NCBI GenBank assembly: GCA_963842525.1
Contig: CAWJGT010000025.1
Span: forward strand, 448,001-512,000
Length of the DNA: 64,000 bases
Reading direction: 5' to 3'
DNA from: an uncultured Holophagales bacterium
Lineage (GTDB): Bacteria > Acidobacteriota > Thermoanaerobaculia > Multivoradales > UBA5704
Notes under the pieces: model-generated
The model's database searches: none
What the model was told of the DNA's origin: nothing
What the model saw: the letters and a program-made list of their open reading frames with translations, nothing else
Made by a program: the position numbers and the translations under genes
Part shown: positions 19,843-29,899 of the stretch, piece by piece
Numbering within the stretch: the stretch's first letter is position 1
How the letters are laid out: each line of letters starts with the position of its first letter

Positions 19843-20473
19843 TCAGGACCTGCGGGCGTGCCGCGGGACGTCGAGAGTGGAGTACTCCAGCTCCTCGCCG
19901 GCCTGCACCGCCTTGAGGAGGACCGAGCCGCGGCTCATGTCGCCACGGCCCACGAAACAGCGGGGAAAGACCAGCCGGTCGCCGAAGACCGGCAGAAGGA
20001 GCTCGACGTACTTGCCCGTGGCGATGCTGCCGAGGAGCACCACCCGGGAGGAGGGTGACAGGCGCTCGCGGAGCGCCTGGGCGTGGTCGCGCAACGGCTC
20101 GCGATAGGCGCGGCTCTCGACGTCCACCGGGGTGCTGCGGAGGATCTCCATGCGCTCTTCGGTGATCGGCCAGCTCGGGAGCACCAGGCCGAAACCTGAG
20201 GTGATGACGAAGACGCTGCCCTCCAGTTGCGCGGAGGAGAGATCCGGCGGCGGCGCGGCGAAATGCCGGGCATAGGCGATCTTGCCGCGGAAATAGAGGG
20301 AAGCTCAGGAAGGTGAAGGCCTCCGCGATCGGAACCCCCTCGGGGCTGCGGAGCTGCCGGGCCGCCGCGAAGCCGGCGTCCGGATCCAGGAGCTGCCGCG
20401 CGCGCTCTCCGGACAGGCTGGCGGGCGAGAGGAGGAAGATCTTGTGGTCGCGGTGGTCGCGGGAGGCACCCAT
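19843..20473 (-). pseudogene. Conserved hypothetical protein split by a one-base insertion near 20301 (likely sequencing error)
   Basis: KIFLLSPASLSGERA...FTFLS continues as SLYFRGKIAYA...VVLLGSIATGKY..GRGDMSRG if GAAGCTC is read as GAGCTC. Confidence 0.7.
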
Positions 20474-20532
20474 GCCGTTCTGGGAAACGGAGACGGGACG
20501 TTCCGCATTCCCGGAAGTTGGCCTGCTCTGGG

Positions 20533-20612
20533 AAAGGACACCAAGGACACCAGGGACAGCAAGGACACCCCTCCTGTCGTCCTTGGTGTCCTTGCTGTCC
20601 CTGCTGTCCTTT
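20533..20612. repeat. Inverted array of 9-bp tandem repeats
   Basis: About 4 x A(A/G)GGACA(C/G)C followed by about 4 reverse-complement units, forming a long hairpin. Confidence 0.75.
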
Positions 20613-20613
20613 C

Positions 20614-20841
20614 CTACTCCCCCTCCTCCTCAAGGCTCTGGACGATCTGGGTGACCTCGACCTCGGCCTTGCGGATCTTGCCGCGGCAGAGCTCGAGGAG
20701 CTGCGCGGCGCGGCGGAGCTCTTCGGCGAGCCGGTCGATGTCGATCTCTTCGCCTTCGATCCGCTCGAGGATGCCTTCCAGCTCCTCCATGGCCTCGCGG
20801 AAGCTCAAGGCGGTTTCACTGGATGGGGTCGGTTCGGTCAT
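20614..20841 (-). CDS. xseB: Exodeoxyribonuclease VII small subunit
   Basis: LSFREAMEELEGILERIE..LLELCRGKIRKAE; directly downstream of xseA. Confidence 0.9.
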   Translation of the reverse strand: MTEPTPSSETALSFREAMEELEGILERIEGEEIDIDRLAEELRRAAQLLELCRGKIRKAEVEVTQIVQSLEEEGE

Positions 20842-22230
20842 GGTTCCTCCACGCGGCTCTTGAGGCTCCCGCCGGAGAGCTGGGTGATGATGGTGTCGCC
20901 GGGTTGGGCCTGCTCCGTGCCCCGGAGGAGCGCGCCCGCTGCGGTGCGGGTGATGCTGAAGCCCCGCTCCAGCGTCCGCTGGGGCGCGAGCTGGACGCTC
21001 AGGCGCTCCAGGCCCTGGAGCGTCGCCCGGGTCTCGCGCAGCTTGGCGCGCGCTCCCGCGGCCACCCGCTCGCCCAGCCGGTGCCGCTCGCGAGCTTCGC
21101 TCTCCAGGCGGCGGGGCGCTGCCTCGGCGAGACGGCCGCGCAGCTCGGCCTGCCGGCGTTCGGCCTGGCGCAGGGCGGAGCGTCCGAGCCGGGCGAGCGC
21201 GCGGGCGTGCTCGTCAATGCGGCTGCCGGCCGCGGCGAGGCGCAGGCGCGCGAGGCTCACGCCCCGCTCGGCCCGGCCGAGGGCCTCGCGGCCGGCGCGC
21301 AGGGGCTCCAGGGCCTCGCGCAGCAGCCGGCGGCGGAGCTCGTCGAGCGCCAGCTCCTGGCGGGCCACCTGCTCGATCAGGAACTCGGCGACCTTGGTCG
21401 GGGTCTTCAAAGAGGTGTGCGCCACCAGGTCGGCGATCGCCTGATCGATCTCGTGGCCGAGGCCGGTGAGGACCGGGAACGGGGCGCGGGCGATCGCCTC
21501 GGCGATGGCCCGGCTGTCGAACACCGCGAGGTCGCTGCGCGAGCCGCCGCCGCGGATCAGCACCGCGCAGTCGATCGGCAGGCCGGCGAGCGACGCCAGG
21601 GCCGAGACCACCTCACGCTCCGCATCCCGCCCCTGCACCGAGGCGTGCACGAAGAGCACGCGGAAGCCGTAGCCGCTCTCCCGCAGCCCTGAGAGGAAGT
21701 CGTGGTAGGCGGCGCTGCCGTGGGAGGTGATGAGGGCGATCGACAGCGGCAGGTCGGAGAGCGGCAGGGCCCGGTTCCTCTCCAGCAGGCCGGCCGCGGC
21801 GAGCGCCGCCAGCGTCTCGCGGCGCCGGATCTCCAAAAGCCCCAGGGTGAAGGTCGGATCGACCTCGCGGATGCAGAGCTGGAGCCGGCCGCCGGGGCCG
21901 TAGAAGTCGAGACTGGCGCGACAGCGGATCTGCATGCCGTCGCCGAGCTGCTGGCCGGTCTCCCCGAGCATCCGCCGCACGCGCTGGAAGTCGCCCTTCC
22001 AGATCACCGCGTCGAGCTTACCGACGATCTCGTCGCGCTCCCCCTTCTCGACCAGCTCGAAGTAGAGATGGCCGCGGGCGCTCGGGCGGACGCGCTGCGC
22101 CTCCCCGGCTACCCAGACCGAGGAGAACGCCTCGCCCAGGAAGTCGCGGATCTCCCCGCAGAGCTGGGCGACGCTGTACGTGGGCTCGGCGAACGGGAAG
22201 CTCGAGGTTCAGGGGGGCGGTCCCTCTCAA
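20838..22230 (-). CDS. xseA: Exodeoxyribonuclease VII large subunit (one-base frameshift near 22198)
   Basis: GHLYFELVE, RGGGS, TGLGHEID, TPTK, LERGFSI. The frame extends upstream of 22007 and joins TTG 22230 after removing one base. Confidence 0.88.
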
Positions 22231-22235
22231 GGGTC

Positions 22236-22784
22236 TCAATGGTAGGACTTGAGCTCTTTGGTCGAGCCGAGCGGGATCGATTCCGCCCATTCGACCGCCT
22301 TCTTGTCCTGGCCGGTCAGCTTGCCGAGGAAGTCGACGGCCTCCTCGCGCTCGCGGAACAGCCGCCAGATAAAGGTGTGGCCGGCCGGGGCGGTGAAGTA
22401 GGTGAAGCTCTTGGCACCATGGCTGCTCAGGTCGAAGCCCAGGTTGGGCTCGCCGTTGACCCCCACGCAGGCGACCGCGATGGCGCGCCACGCCAGGGCC
22501 AGCGCCTTGATCGCGTCCTCGTAGTCGGCCAGCTCCTCGCGCGACAGCGGCGAGTGGTAAACCGAGATCCGCGAGCCGTCCTCCTCCGCCAGCAGGTTGT
22601 ACGGGATGTCGTGGCGGTCCATGGCGTCCTTCGTCTCGCTGGTGGTCACGAAGACGTCCTCGGAGCCGACGACCTTGTAGGTGATCGCGTAGACTTCCTT
22701 CTCGATCTGCGAAAAGGACTCGGCGAGGATGCTCTCATCCTCGATCGTGAAGTAGTACAGGCGGTTCATCATGCGTCGTGCCAT
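22236..22784 (-). CDS. Hypothetical protein
   Basis: Globular-looking ORF co-oriented with xseAB; start uncertain (22784 or 22772). Confidence 0.7.
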   Translation of the reverse strand: MARRMMNRLYYFTIEDESILAESFSQIEKEVYAITYKVVGSEDVFVTTSETKDAMDRHDIPYNLLAEEDGSRISVYHSPLSREELADYEDAIKALALAWRAIAVACVGVNGEPNLGFDLSSHGAKSFTYFTAPAGHTFIWRLFREREEAVDFLGKLTGQDKKAVEWAESIPLGSTKELKSYH

Positions 22785-22827
22785 GCGGCAGGATCTCCAG
22801 GCGCCCAAGGCGCAGAATTTTCAATAT

Positions 22828-22866
22828 TATCAGGTGAGACTATCAGGTCGGACTATCAGGTCAGCC
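22828..22866. repeat. 3 x 13-bp direct repeat with core TATCAGGT
   Basis: TATCAGGTGAGAC / TATCAGGTCGGAC / TATCAGGTCAGCC. Confidence 0.7.
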
Positions 22867-23439
22867 CCGTCTCTCGAGCACGAGACCGAGGAGCAGCCCC
22901 GCGGCGGCCCCGCCGAAGTGGGCGGCGTTGTCGATCCCCGGCGTCGTCAGGCCGAAGACGACGTTGATCCCGGCCCACAGCACGAGCTGCCCCAGGATCG
23001 ACCGTCCAGCCGGGCTCAGCATGTCCCTCCGCCGCAGCAGGAAGGCGATCAGCGCGCCGATCAGGCCGAAGATCGCGCCCGAGGCGCCGGCGCTCAACCC
23101 CCGGCTCCATAGAAGGCTGGCCAACGAGCCGGCCACGCCGCTCACCAGGAAGACGAGGAGCAACTGGAGCGATCCCAGCCACGTCTCGTACAGCGTGCCG
23201 AGCTGGAAGAGCGCCCAGCCGTTGAGCAGCAGGTGGACGATCCCGATGTGCAGGAAGACGCTGGTCAGCAGCCGCCACCACTGCCCCTCGCCCCAGATCA
23301 GGGGCGCGTAGTTGGCGCCCACGGACACCAGCACGCGCTGGTCCGTCGAGCCGCCGGCCAGGGTCTCCACCAGGAACCCCGCGCCGATCGCGAGGAGCAG
23401 AAAGATGGTGACCGGAGGGTACCGGAAGACGCGAGCCAT
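22861..23439 (-). CDS. Rhomboid intramembrane serine protease
   Basis: WWRLLTSVFLH, HLLLN, GASGA, AHFGG. Confidence 0.93.
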   Translation of the reverse strand: MARVFRYPPVTIFLLLAIGAGFLVETLAGGSTDQRVLVSVGANYAPLIWGEGQWWRLLTSVFLHIGIVHLLLNGWALFQLGTLYETWLGSLQLLLVFLVSGVAGSLASLLWSRGLSAGASGAIFGLIGALIAFLLRRRDMLSPAGRSILGQLVLWAGINVVFGLTTPGIDNAAHFGGAAAGLLLGLVLERRG

Positions 23440-23454
23440 CGAGGCGGTCCCGGG

Positions 23455-24120
23455 CTACGCGCCCGCGCTCCTCAGATAGGCGTCGAGGCGCTGCCGATCC
23501 TCCGGCGTGAGCTCGCCGTTCTCCAGCAGGAAGGATTCGCCCGCCGCCGGCAGCGGGACGACCGCCCGCGACAGGGACCGCTCCAGAGAGGGGCAATCCA
23601 GCGAGGTCAGGGGGAGGGCCGAGACGCCGTCGCAGACCTCGACGATCCGCCGGCCGACCCCGCTCTCGATCCTGACCCTGACCCGCTCGGGAAGCTGCTC
23701 GAGAGTGACCAGATAGCCCTCTGCGACCCTGCGGAGCCGCACACGCCCCTGAAGGGTGACGGCTTGCGGCGGCACGGTCACCTCGTCCTGGAGCCGGGTC
23801 GACACCCCGCCGACGTCGACGTCGGCGACCAGCCAGCCGCGGCCGGCGAACTCGATCCGCAGGTCCGCGCTGTGGCTGCCGCCGATGCCAGGCTCCAGCC
23901 GCAGCGCGTGGTTGCGCAGGACCAGGGTGCTGCGCGGCGCCGAGAGCCGGACCGTCACCGGCCCCTCGACGACCGGCTGGAGCTCCGGCGCGACGTCGGG
24001 ATATTGGCGGTTCAGCCGGTCGAACCGGAGCTCGCCGGGCACCTGCGCCGCGGCCCCTGTCAGGACGAGGGAACCCACGAGGAGCAGGGCGGACATGCAG
24101 ATGACGAGGGTACGCTTCAC
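23455..24120 (-). CDS. Secreted hypothetical protein
   Basis: Signal peptide; 15-bp gap to rhomboid. Confidence 0.65.
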   Translation of the reverse strand: MKRTLVICMSALLLVGSLVLTGAAAQVPGELRFDRLNRQYPDVAPELQPVVEGPVTVRLSAPRSTLVLRNHALRLEPGIGGSHSADLRIEFAGRGWLVADVDVGGVSTRLQDEVTVPPQAVTLQGRVRLRRVAEGYLVTLEQLPERVRVRIESGVGRRIVEVCDGVSALPLTSLDCPSLERSLSRAVVPLPAAGESFLLENGELTPEDRQRLDAYLRSAGA

Positions 24121-24241
24121 GGCTGCGGTCTCCAGACGGGTAAACGGAAGGTGGCGTGAAAAGCTTCCCTTGGGTGGAAAACTTGCAACGCCTGGCCGCC
24201 GTGTCCCCAGGAGAAGCCTCGCAGACCCGAGGGGATACTGC

Positions 24242-24256
24242 TGGCACGGCTCTTGC
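24242..24256 (+). promoter_or_regulatory. Sigma54 promoter
   Basis: TGGCACGGCTCTTGC, near-consensus. Confidence 0.75.
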
Positions 24257-24365
24257 CCTACAGAGTCGGCGGAGGCGGGTCGGCGATGCGATGTTCCGCA
24301 ACGGGAGGTGGGCTCTGGACATCGCCGATCGTCCCTCCTTTTTTTGTTTTCAGAAAGGAGCTCCT

Positions 24366-24779
24366 ATGGCGACGATTGAAACCCTGGAAGCACGGAGCGG
24401 CAACAAGCTCCTCGACAATTTGGGAAGCCTTCGCGAGCGCGGCCTGGACAGCCTGAAGGGCCTGAAGCGTGGAAACATCAACCTCGGCAAAATCGAGCGC
24501 GTGGCCTCGGTGCTGGGTGGAGCGGCCCTCGCGGCCTGGGCGCTGAAGCGCCGCAGCAAGGGGACGCTCGGGCTCGCCCTGGCCGGGCTGCCGTTCGTCT
24601 GGCGTGGCGCCACCGGCCACTGCGCCCTCTACGATCGGCTGGGGATCGACCGCACTCACAGCAATGGCCAGCACACGGCCGGGCACCACGAGGGTGGCCT
24701 CGCACCGACCGGTGGGGAGACCCGCTCGAGCTCGTCCACCGCGCCCGGCGGGCTGCTGGGGCAAGAGCAGAGCTTCTAA
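24366..24779 (+). CDS. DUF2892 (YgaP-like) membrane protein
   Basis: NLGKIERVAS..RGATGHCALYDRLGI; RBS AAAGGAG. Confidence 0.8.
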   Translation: MATIETLEARSGNKLLDNLGSLRERGLDSLKGLKRGNINLGKIERVASVLGGAALAAWALKRRSKGTLGLALAGLPFVWRGATGHCALYDRLGIDRTHSNGQHTAGHHEGGLAPTGGETRSSSSTAPGGLLGQEQSF

Positions 24780-24783
24780 AAAA

Positions 24784-24825
24784 CCCTCACCCCTGGCCCC
24801 TCTCCCGCCGCACGCGGGAGAGGGG
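24784..24825. repeat. REP-like palindrome between convergent genes
   Basis: CCCTCACCCCTGGCCCCTCTCCCGCCGCACGCGGGAGAGGGG. Confidence 0.7.
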
Positions 24826-24836
24826 AAGGGACACCC

Positions 24837-26144
24837 TCAGCGGGAGCCGGCTTCGAGCTCGACGTCGAGCTCGACCTCTTCACCCGCTTCGACCTCGAAG
24901 TCCCGCTCCTCGGGCCGGTGGCCGGGGCGGACCACGGCGAGGTGGTGCTTGCCGGCGTCGACCGCGAGGCCGCGGCGCAGACCGCCGAGCTCCTCGCCGG
25001 TGCCAACGAAGCGGCCGTCGAGATAGACCGAGGCATCGTCGGGCTCGATGTCCAGGACCAGCCGGCCGCGCGCATCGCTCCGCGTCTCGTCCCGCTGCTC
25101 GCGGCCATCCTCGTCGGCCTCGCCGGCGTCGCGACTGTCGCGGCGGTGCTCGCGGGCGCGATTCCGCCACTCCTCCATCCTGGCCTCGTCGTCCTCGTCG
25201 TCCTCGTCGTCGTAGGCCGGCCGGCCGCGCTCCAGGCGCTCGCGGCGCTCCCCCTCGTAGCGGAGGCGCTCGTCGCGCCGCTCGTGCGACTTCGAGGCGA
25301 GATCCTCGGGCTTCACCGACGTGCCGCGTTCCATCCGGTCATCGATGTCGATCACCATGCCCGGCGAGACCGAGATCTGGCGCGCCAGGGTGCTGAAGCC
25401 GTCGAGATAGAAGACGACGTCATAGGTGCCCCGGGGGAGCCAGAGGTACTGCGGGAAGCCGTCGTAGGCGTCGACCTTGCCGTAGTAGCGGCCGTCGATG
25501 TGGACCTCGGTCCGGCCGGGGTAGACGTCCAGGTCGAGGGCGCCATAGCGGTCCTGGCGGTAGCCGTAGCCGCGGTCGTAGTAGGGGTCGCGGTAGTACG
25601 GTGCGCGGTCGTACCAGTAGTAGTCGTCGTACCACCAGCCGATCGCGAAATTCGCCCAGAAGCCGCCCCAGTACGGTCCGCGATAACCCCAGTACGGATC
25701 GTAGCGCCAGGACCCGCCGTGGTGGCCGCCGCCATGGCCGCCACGGTTGTTGCGGCCGCTGTGCGGGCGCTGGCGATGCGCCTCGTCGACCTCACCGGGG
25801 GAGACCGGTACAGCGGTGCGAGGGCCGCGTCCGCGCGACGAGGTGCTCGACTCGCCGCCGGACGACGGCTCGCTGGATTCACCACCGCCGCCCGAGGACG
25901 AACGGGGCTCGACCCTTTGTGCCGGGCCCGACCAGCCTGAAGAGGACCCCCCTGAAGAGGAGGACGAATCGCCGCCGGACGGGGCCGCGGTCCGGGGAGC
26001 AGGGGAGTCGCTGGAATCGCTCGGCCGGGAGCTGCCGCGGTCCTGGGCGAGGAGAGAGCTGCCCGCCGCGAGCAGCAAGGCGGCCAGCAGCACCGGGGGC
26101 GAGCTCACCTTACGGAGCTGTACGGCTGCTCGTCGCAGAGTCAT
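24837..26144 (-). CDS. Secreted PEGA-domain protein
   Basis: Signal peptide, Ser/Gly- and Tyr-rich tracts, two PEGA-like units (VHIDGRYYG, VYLDGRFVG). Confidence 0.8.
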   Translation of the reverse strand: MTLRRAAVQLRKVSSPPVLLAALLLAAGSSLLAQDRGSSRPSDSSDSPAPRTAAPSGGDSSSSSGGSSSGWSGPAQRVEPRSSSGGGGESSEPSSGGESSTSSRGRGPRTAVPVSPGEVDEAHRQRPHSGRNNRGGHGGGHHGGSWRYDPYWGYRGPYWGGFWANFAIGWWYDDYYWYDRAPYYRDPYYDRGYGYRQDRYGALDLDVYPGRTEVHIDGRYYGKVDAYDGFPQYLWLPRGTYDVVFYLDGFSTLARQISVSPGMVIDIDDRMERGTSVKPEDLASKSHERRDERLRYEGERRERLERGRPAYDDEDDEDDEARMEEWRNRAREHRRDSRDAGEADEDGREQRDETRSDARGRLVLDIEPDDASVYLDGRFVGTGEELGGLRRGLAVDAGKHHLAVVRPGHRPEERDFEVEAGEEVELDVELEAGSR

Positions 26145-27081
26145 GGATGTGATCCTCCTTGATCAAGTCCGCGCCGGCATCTGACCAGGCGCGGTGCAGG
26201 CCCCGAATGTAGTGGTACCGGAGCGTTTCCTCCCACAGCTTCGGGACTCTGACAGGCAAGTTTTGCAAAGCGCGCACCAGCCTTTCACGCCACTGCTGAG
26301 GCCCCTCCGGAGGGAGGGGGGGAGGGCCTCCCGGACCGATCCCGAGGAACGGTCCGAGCTCCGGATGGAGCCGGTAGAAGACCACGGCGCAGTAGCCCGC
26401 CTTCTCCTGCCGCGCGGCGAAGCGCTCCAGGTCGGTCGGATGGTCGTGCGCCACGGTCGCCGCCGGCTCGTAGACCAGCCGCATCCCCCGCTTCCTCAGA
26501 CGGTAGGCGACCTCGATATCTTCCCATGCCGCATAGGGAAAACGAAGATCGAACGGCTCGGCGAGCAGCAGGTCGCGGGCGAGCGAGAGATTGGACGTGT
26601 AGAAGAAGTTGAAAGGGACGTCCTCCCGGTCCTTGATCAGGGCGTAGCCGAACTGGAGGCCGTGCTCGTTGATGTGCCGGAGGAAGGGGTTGAGGCGCAT
26701 CCGGCGGTGCCATCCGGTGTAGCCGATGACCGCCACGCGAAGGTCGTCGCCGCGCTGGCGGTGGGCCTCGCGATGAGTCTTGAGCCATCCGGCGGAAGGG
26801 ACGGTGTCGTCCCCCAGAAAGGCCACCCAACTCCCCTGCGCCACGGCCACGCCGGTGTTGCGTGCCGCGGCCGGTCCGCGGTTCTCCTGGGTGAGGATGC
26901 GCAGCGGCACCTGGAAGGTCCGGCTGCGCAGCCAGTCGCTCGTGCCGTCGGTCGATCCGTCGTCCACCACGACCACCTCGAACGGCGGCGGCGCGTGCTG
27001 GAACTCCAGCGCCTGGATCACCTCCGCCAGCGCTTCGAGGCGGTTGTGCGTGGGAATGACGACGGAGACGTCGACCGCCAT
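26110..27081 (-). CDS. Glycosyltransferase family 2
   Basis: VSVVIPTHN, VVDDGSTD, ARNTG, WED. Confidence 0.9.
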   Translation of the reverse strand: MAVDVSVVIPTHNRLEALAEVIQALEFQHAPPPFEVVVVDDGSTDGTSDWLRSRTFQVPLRILTQENRGPAAARNTGVAVAQGSWVAFLGDDTVPSAGWLKTHREAHRQRGDDLRVAVIGYTGWHRRMRLNPFLRHINEHGLQFGYALIKDREDVPFNFFYTSNLSLARDLLLAEPFDLRFPYAAWEDIEVAYRLRKRGMRLVYEPAATVAHDHPTDLERFAARQEKAGYCAVVFYRLHPELGPFLGIGPGGPPPLPPEGPQQWRERLVRALQNLPVRVPKLWEETLRYHYIRGLHRAWSDAGADLIKEDHIHDSATSSRTAP

Positions 27082-27109
27082 GGGGACAGCTTATACCGCG
27101 GACCGTGGG

Positions 27110-28441
27110 TCAGCTTCCCCACTCCATGACTTCCTCGAGCGCACAGCGCACCAGCGGCAGGTCCCCGGGCAGCCAGGCCTGGAAGCCGGGGCTGGCGAAG
27201 AGGGCATGGTCGCCTGGGTAGGTGGGAACCAGATAGAGCGGGAACTTCTCGAAGATCTCGCGGTCGGAGCGGCGGCGGCGTTTCTGGACGGCCTCGCGGC
27301 GGGCGGCGGCGCTGTCGAGGTGGCCGAGAAGCCAGGAGGCGGCACGGAGCTGGGCGACGGTCCTCTCGTCGGTGAGGTGCGGCGCGTCGTTCGCCGGCGC
27401 CGGCGGGGCCTGGCCGGTCAGCTTGCGGAGGCCGCGGCGGAGGAAGTCGCCGGGGCCGTAGCCTTGCCAGCGGACTTTGAAGCCGTCCCAGGTCCAGGCC
27501 GGCGGGAGCTGGGCAACCGGCGCCGGCGGGCTCGCCGGAGTGCCGTTGGGGGCGGTGTTGGCGATGTGGCCGGCGTAGGGGTCGAGGCGAAGGGCGGCGC
27601 CCCCGGGGTTGTGGTCGGCGAGGATGGTCTGGGTCCGGGAGAGAAATGTCAGCAGCAGGGACGGCATGACCTGCTCCCAAAGGCCGGGCTCGTAGTTTTT
27701 GTACGCGGTCAGGAAGGCGTTCCGCTCGAAGAGGAAGCCCCGGTTGAAGAGGCCCAGGAGGTCGCTCGTGGCGCTCGACCGGTGATGGACGACCGCGTCC
27801 GGCACGAAGATCACCCTCTCGCCGCCGGACCAGAGGCGCCAGCCGAGGTCGACGTCCTCCAGGTAGGCGAAGTAATCCTCGTCGAAGCCTCCCGCGGCCA
27901 GGAAGCTGGCCTTGCGGATCAGCATGTTGCCGCCGCAGGCGAAGAGGAGCTCCTCGCCTTCCCCTGGCACCCGGGCCTTTGCCAAGGGACGGCGGAAGTC
28001 GAGCTGGAAGGCGTGGCCGTCGAAGGTCATGACGCCGCGGCCGAAGTCGAGCCGGTCGCCTGTCCAGTCGACGATCTTGCCGGAGACGGCTGCCACGTCC
28101 GGCGGCGTGGCCGCCAGGGCCTGGACGAGAGCGCGCAGCCAGCCCCGTTGCGGCCGGGTGTCGTTGTTCAGGAAGGCCACGGCATCGCCCGTAGACTCGG
28201 CCACCAGGCGGTTGTTGCCGGCGCAGAAGCCGAGGTTGACAGGGCTCTCGATCAGCCGGACCCGGAGATTCCGCGGCTGGACCTCGCTCCGCAGCCAGGC
28301 CGCCGTGCCGTCGGTCGAGCCGTTGTCGAGGACCAGAATTTCCCAGCCGACGCCGGGGTCTTCCTGCTCCGCGAGGGCCGCGAGGCAGGTTTCCAGGTGT
28401 TTTCGTCCGTTCCAGGAGAGGATTGCCACCGAGACCTTCAC
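27110..28441 (-). CDS. Glycosyltransferase family 2
   Basis: GTG start; ILSWNG, DNGSTDG, FLNND, YLEDVDLGWR. Confidence 0.9.
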   Translation of the reverse strand: MKVSVAILSWNGRKHLETCLAALAEQEDPGVGWEILVLDNGSTDGTAAWLRSEVQPRNLRVRLIESPVNLGFCAGNNRLVAESTGDAVAFLNNDTRPQRGWLRALVQALAATPPDVAAVSGKIVDWTGDRLDFGRGVMTFDGHAFQLDFRRPLAKARVPGEGEELLFACGGNMLIRKASFLAAGGFDEDYFAYLEDVDLGWRLWSGGERVIFVPDAVVHHRSSATSDLLGLFNRGFLFERNAFLTAYKNYEPGLWEQVMPSLLLTFLSRTQTILADHNPGGAALRLDPYAGHIANTAPNGTPASPPAPVAQLPPAWTWDGFKVRWQGYGPGDFLRRGLRKLTGQAPPAPANDAPHLTDERTVAQLRAASWLLGHLDSAAARREAVQKRRRRSDREIFEKFPLYLVPTYPGDHALFASPGFQAWLPGDLPLVRCALEEVMEWGS

Positions 28442-29700
28442 CGCACGATCCTCCAACTCCGCAGCCGCCGCCGGAGACGCACGGTGAGTGGATCGGGTGG
28501 GGCGGCCGTCGCCGGACGGTAGACGAAAATCTCCTTGGTCTCGTCGGTCCGCGGCTCGCGGCAGAAGCGGACCAGTGGAGCGAGGGCCTGGTCCCAGCGG
28601 AAATCCCGCAGCAGCTCGCGGCCCCCGGCCCGGCAGCGCTCCCGGGCGGCCCCGTCCTCGACTGCCTCGACGAGCGCGCGCGCCAGAGCGTCCGCATCGC
28701 CCGGCGGCACCACCCAGCCTGCGCCGTGCTCGCGGAGCATCCGGCTCATGGCTCCGCCCGCGCTGGTGACCACCGGGCATCCGGCGGCCAGGGCATCCAG
28801 GAAGCGAGTGCGCAGGGAGAGGCGGGTCTCCAGGCTCGGCCGGTGCGGCGCCACCAGGAGGTCGAAATCCCGCAGGAGGTCGTACCGCCGGTCGGCCGGA
28901 GTCCAGTCGAGCACGCGCACGCGGCTCTCCCACCAGCCGAGCTGGCGGCAGCGCTCCTCGACCTCGGACATCAGGCGTTGCGGCGTGGTCTCCGGGTTCG
29001 GGTTGCGGATGAGGTAGAGGCTCCAGCCCGGCCGGCCGGTCTTTTCCAGGGCATCGAGCAGGGTCCAGGGGTCGTACCAGTCGTAGAGGCCGCCGAAGAG
29101 GAGGCGCACCTCGCCGGGCTGCCGTGCGGGCAGGACCGGCTGGTGCGGCGGCAGCTCGTCCGGCACGCCGAATGGGACCGGCGCGATCAGGGTCTCCAGG
29201 TCGGGATCGCGGGCGAGCCGGTCCGGGTTGATCCGGCCGAGAGCGGCGAGGAAACCGAGGTAGAAGGTGCGCTGCTCCTCGGACGAGCAGAGAAAGAAAT
29301 CGCCGCGCGACATCTGGAGCACCCAGGTCGCGTGGTCGTTACGGAACGGGCCGTAGCCCAAAGTCTCGAAGTAGCTCAGGTTCTCGACGAGCCAGGGGTC
29401 GTAGAGGTCGATGGCGACCGGCAGGTGCGGCACCTCGAGCACGAGGTCGTTGGCGAGGTGTCCCTGGGCGACCGCCCCCTGGCAGTCGGCGAGCAGCTCG
29501 GCAAAGCGTCCGCGCTCGGCGCGGCGAATGGCGCCACGATCGATCCCCAGCTCCGCGGTTTCCTCCGGCTCGGCCGGCGAGAGCAGGACCGTCTCGATCC
29601 CAAACTGCGGCAGCCGCCGCGCGAGCTCCAGATAGCGGATGCCGATCCCGGCCATGCGCGGGCGGACCGGCTCGCTGGAGAGGAGGGCGATGCGGGTCAT
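28438..29700 (-). CDS. Glycosyltransferase family 4
   Basis: MAGIGIRY, RTRFLDALAAGCPVV, VVPPGD. Confidence 0.85.
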   Translation of the reverse strand: MTRIALLSSEPVRPRMAGIGIRYLELARRLPQFGIETVLLSPAEPEETAELGIDRGAIRRAERGRFAELLADCQGAVAQGHLANDLVLEVPHLPVAIDLYDPWLVENLSYFETLGYGPFRNDHATWVLQMSRGDFFLCSSEEQRTFYLGFLAALGRINPDRLARDPDLETLIAPVPFGVPDELPPHQPVLPARQPGEVRLLFGGLYDWYDPWTLLDALEKTGRPGWSLYLIRNPNPETTPQRLMSEVEERCRQLGWWESRVRVLDWTPADRRYDLLRDFDLLVAPHRPSLETRLSLRTRFLDALAAGCPVVTSAGGAMSRMLREHGAGWVVPPGDADALARALVEAVEDGAARERCRAGGRELLRDFRWDQALAPLVRFCREPRTDETKEIFVYRPATAAPPDPLTVRLRRRLRSWRIVR

Positions 29701-29713
29701 GGGGAGGGTGGAA

Positions 29714-29877
29714 CCTCACCCCCTGGCCCCCTCTCCCATCTCCCTTCCACCCCCCGCCGGGAGAGGGGGGACGCATCCAGAGCCGTTTGGCGAGCTCGCC
29801 ACAGAGGCATCAACAACGTCCCCCCTCTCCCGGGGTTGGGCGGGTGGGAGATGGGAGAGGGGGCCAGGGGGTGAGGA
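29714..29877. repeat. Inverted doublet of REP-like palindromes
   Basis: CCTCACCCCCTGGCCCCCTCTCCC ... GGGAGAGGGGGCCAGGGGGTGAGG. Confidence 0.75.
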
Positions 29878-29899
29878 CTCCGCGCCGCCGCCCACCCCC

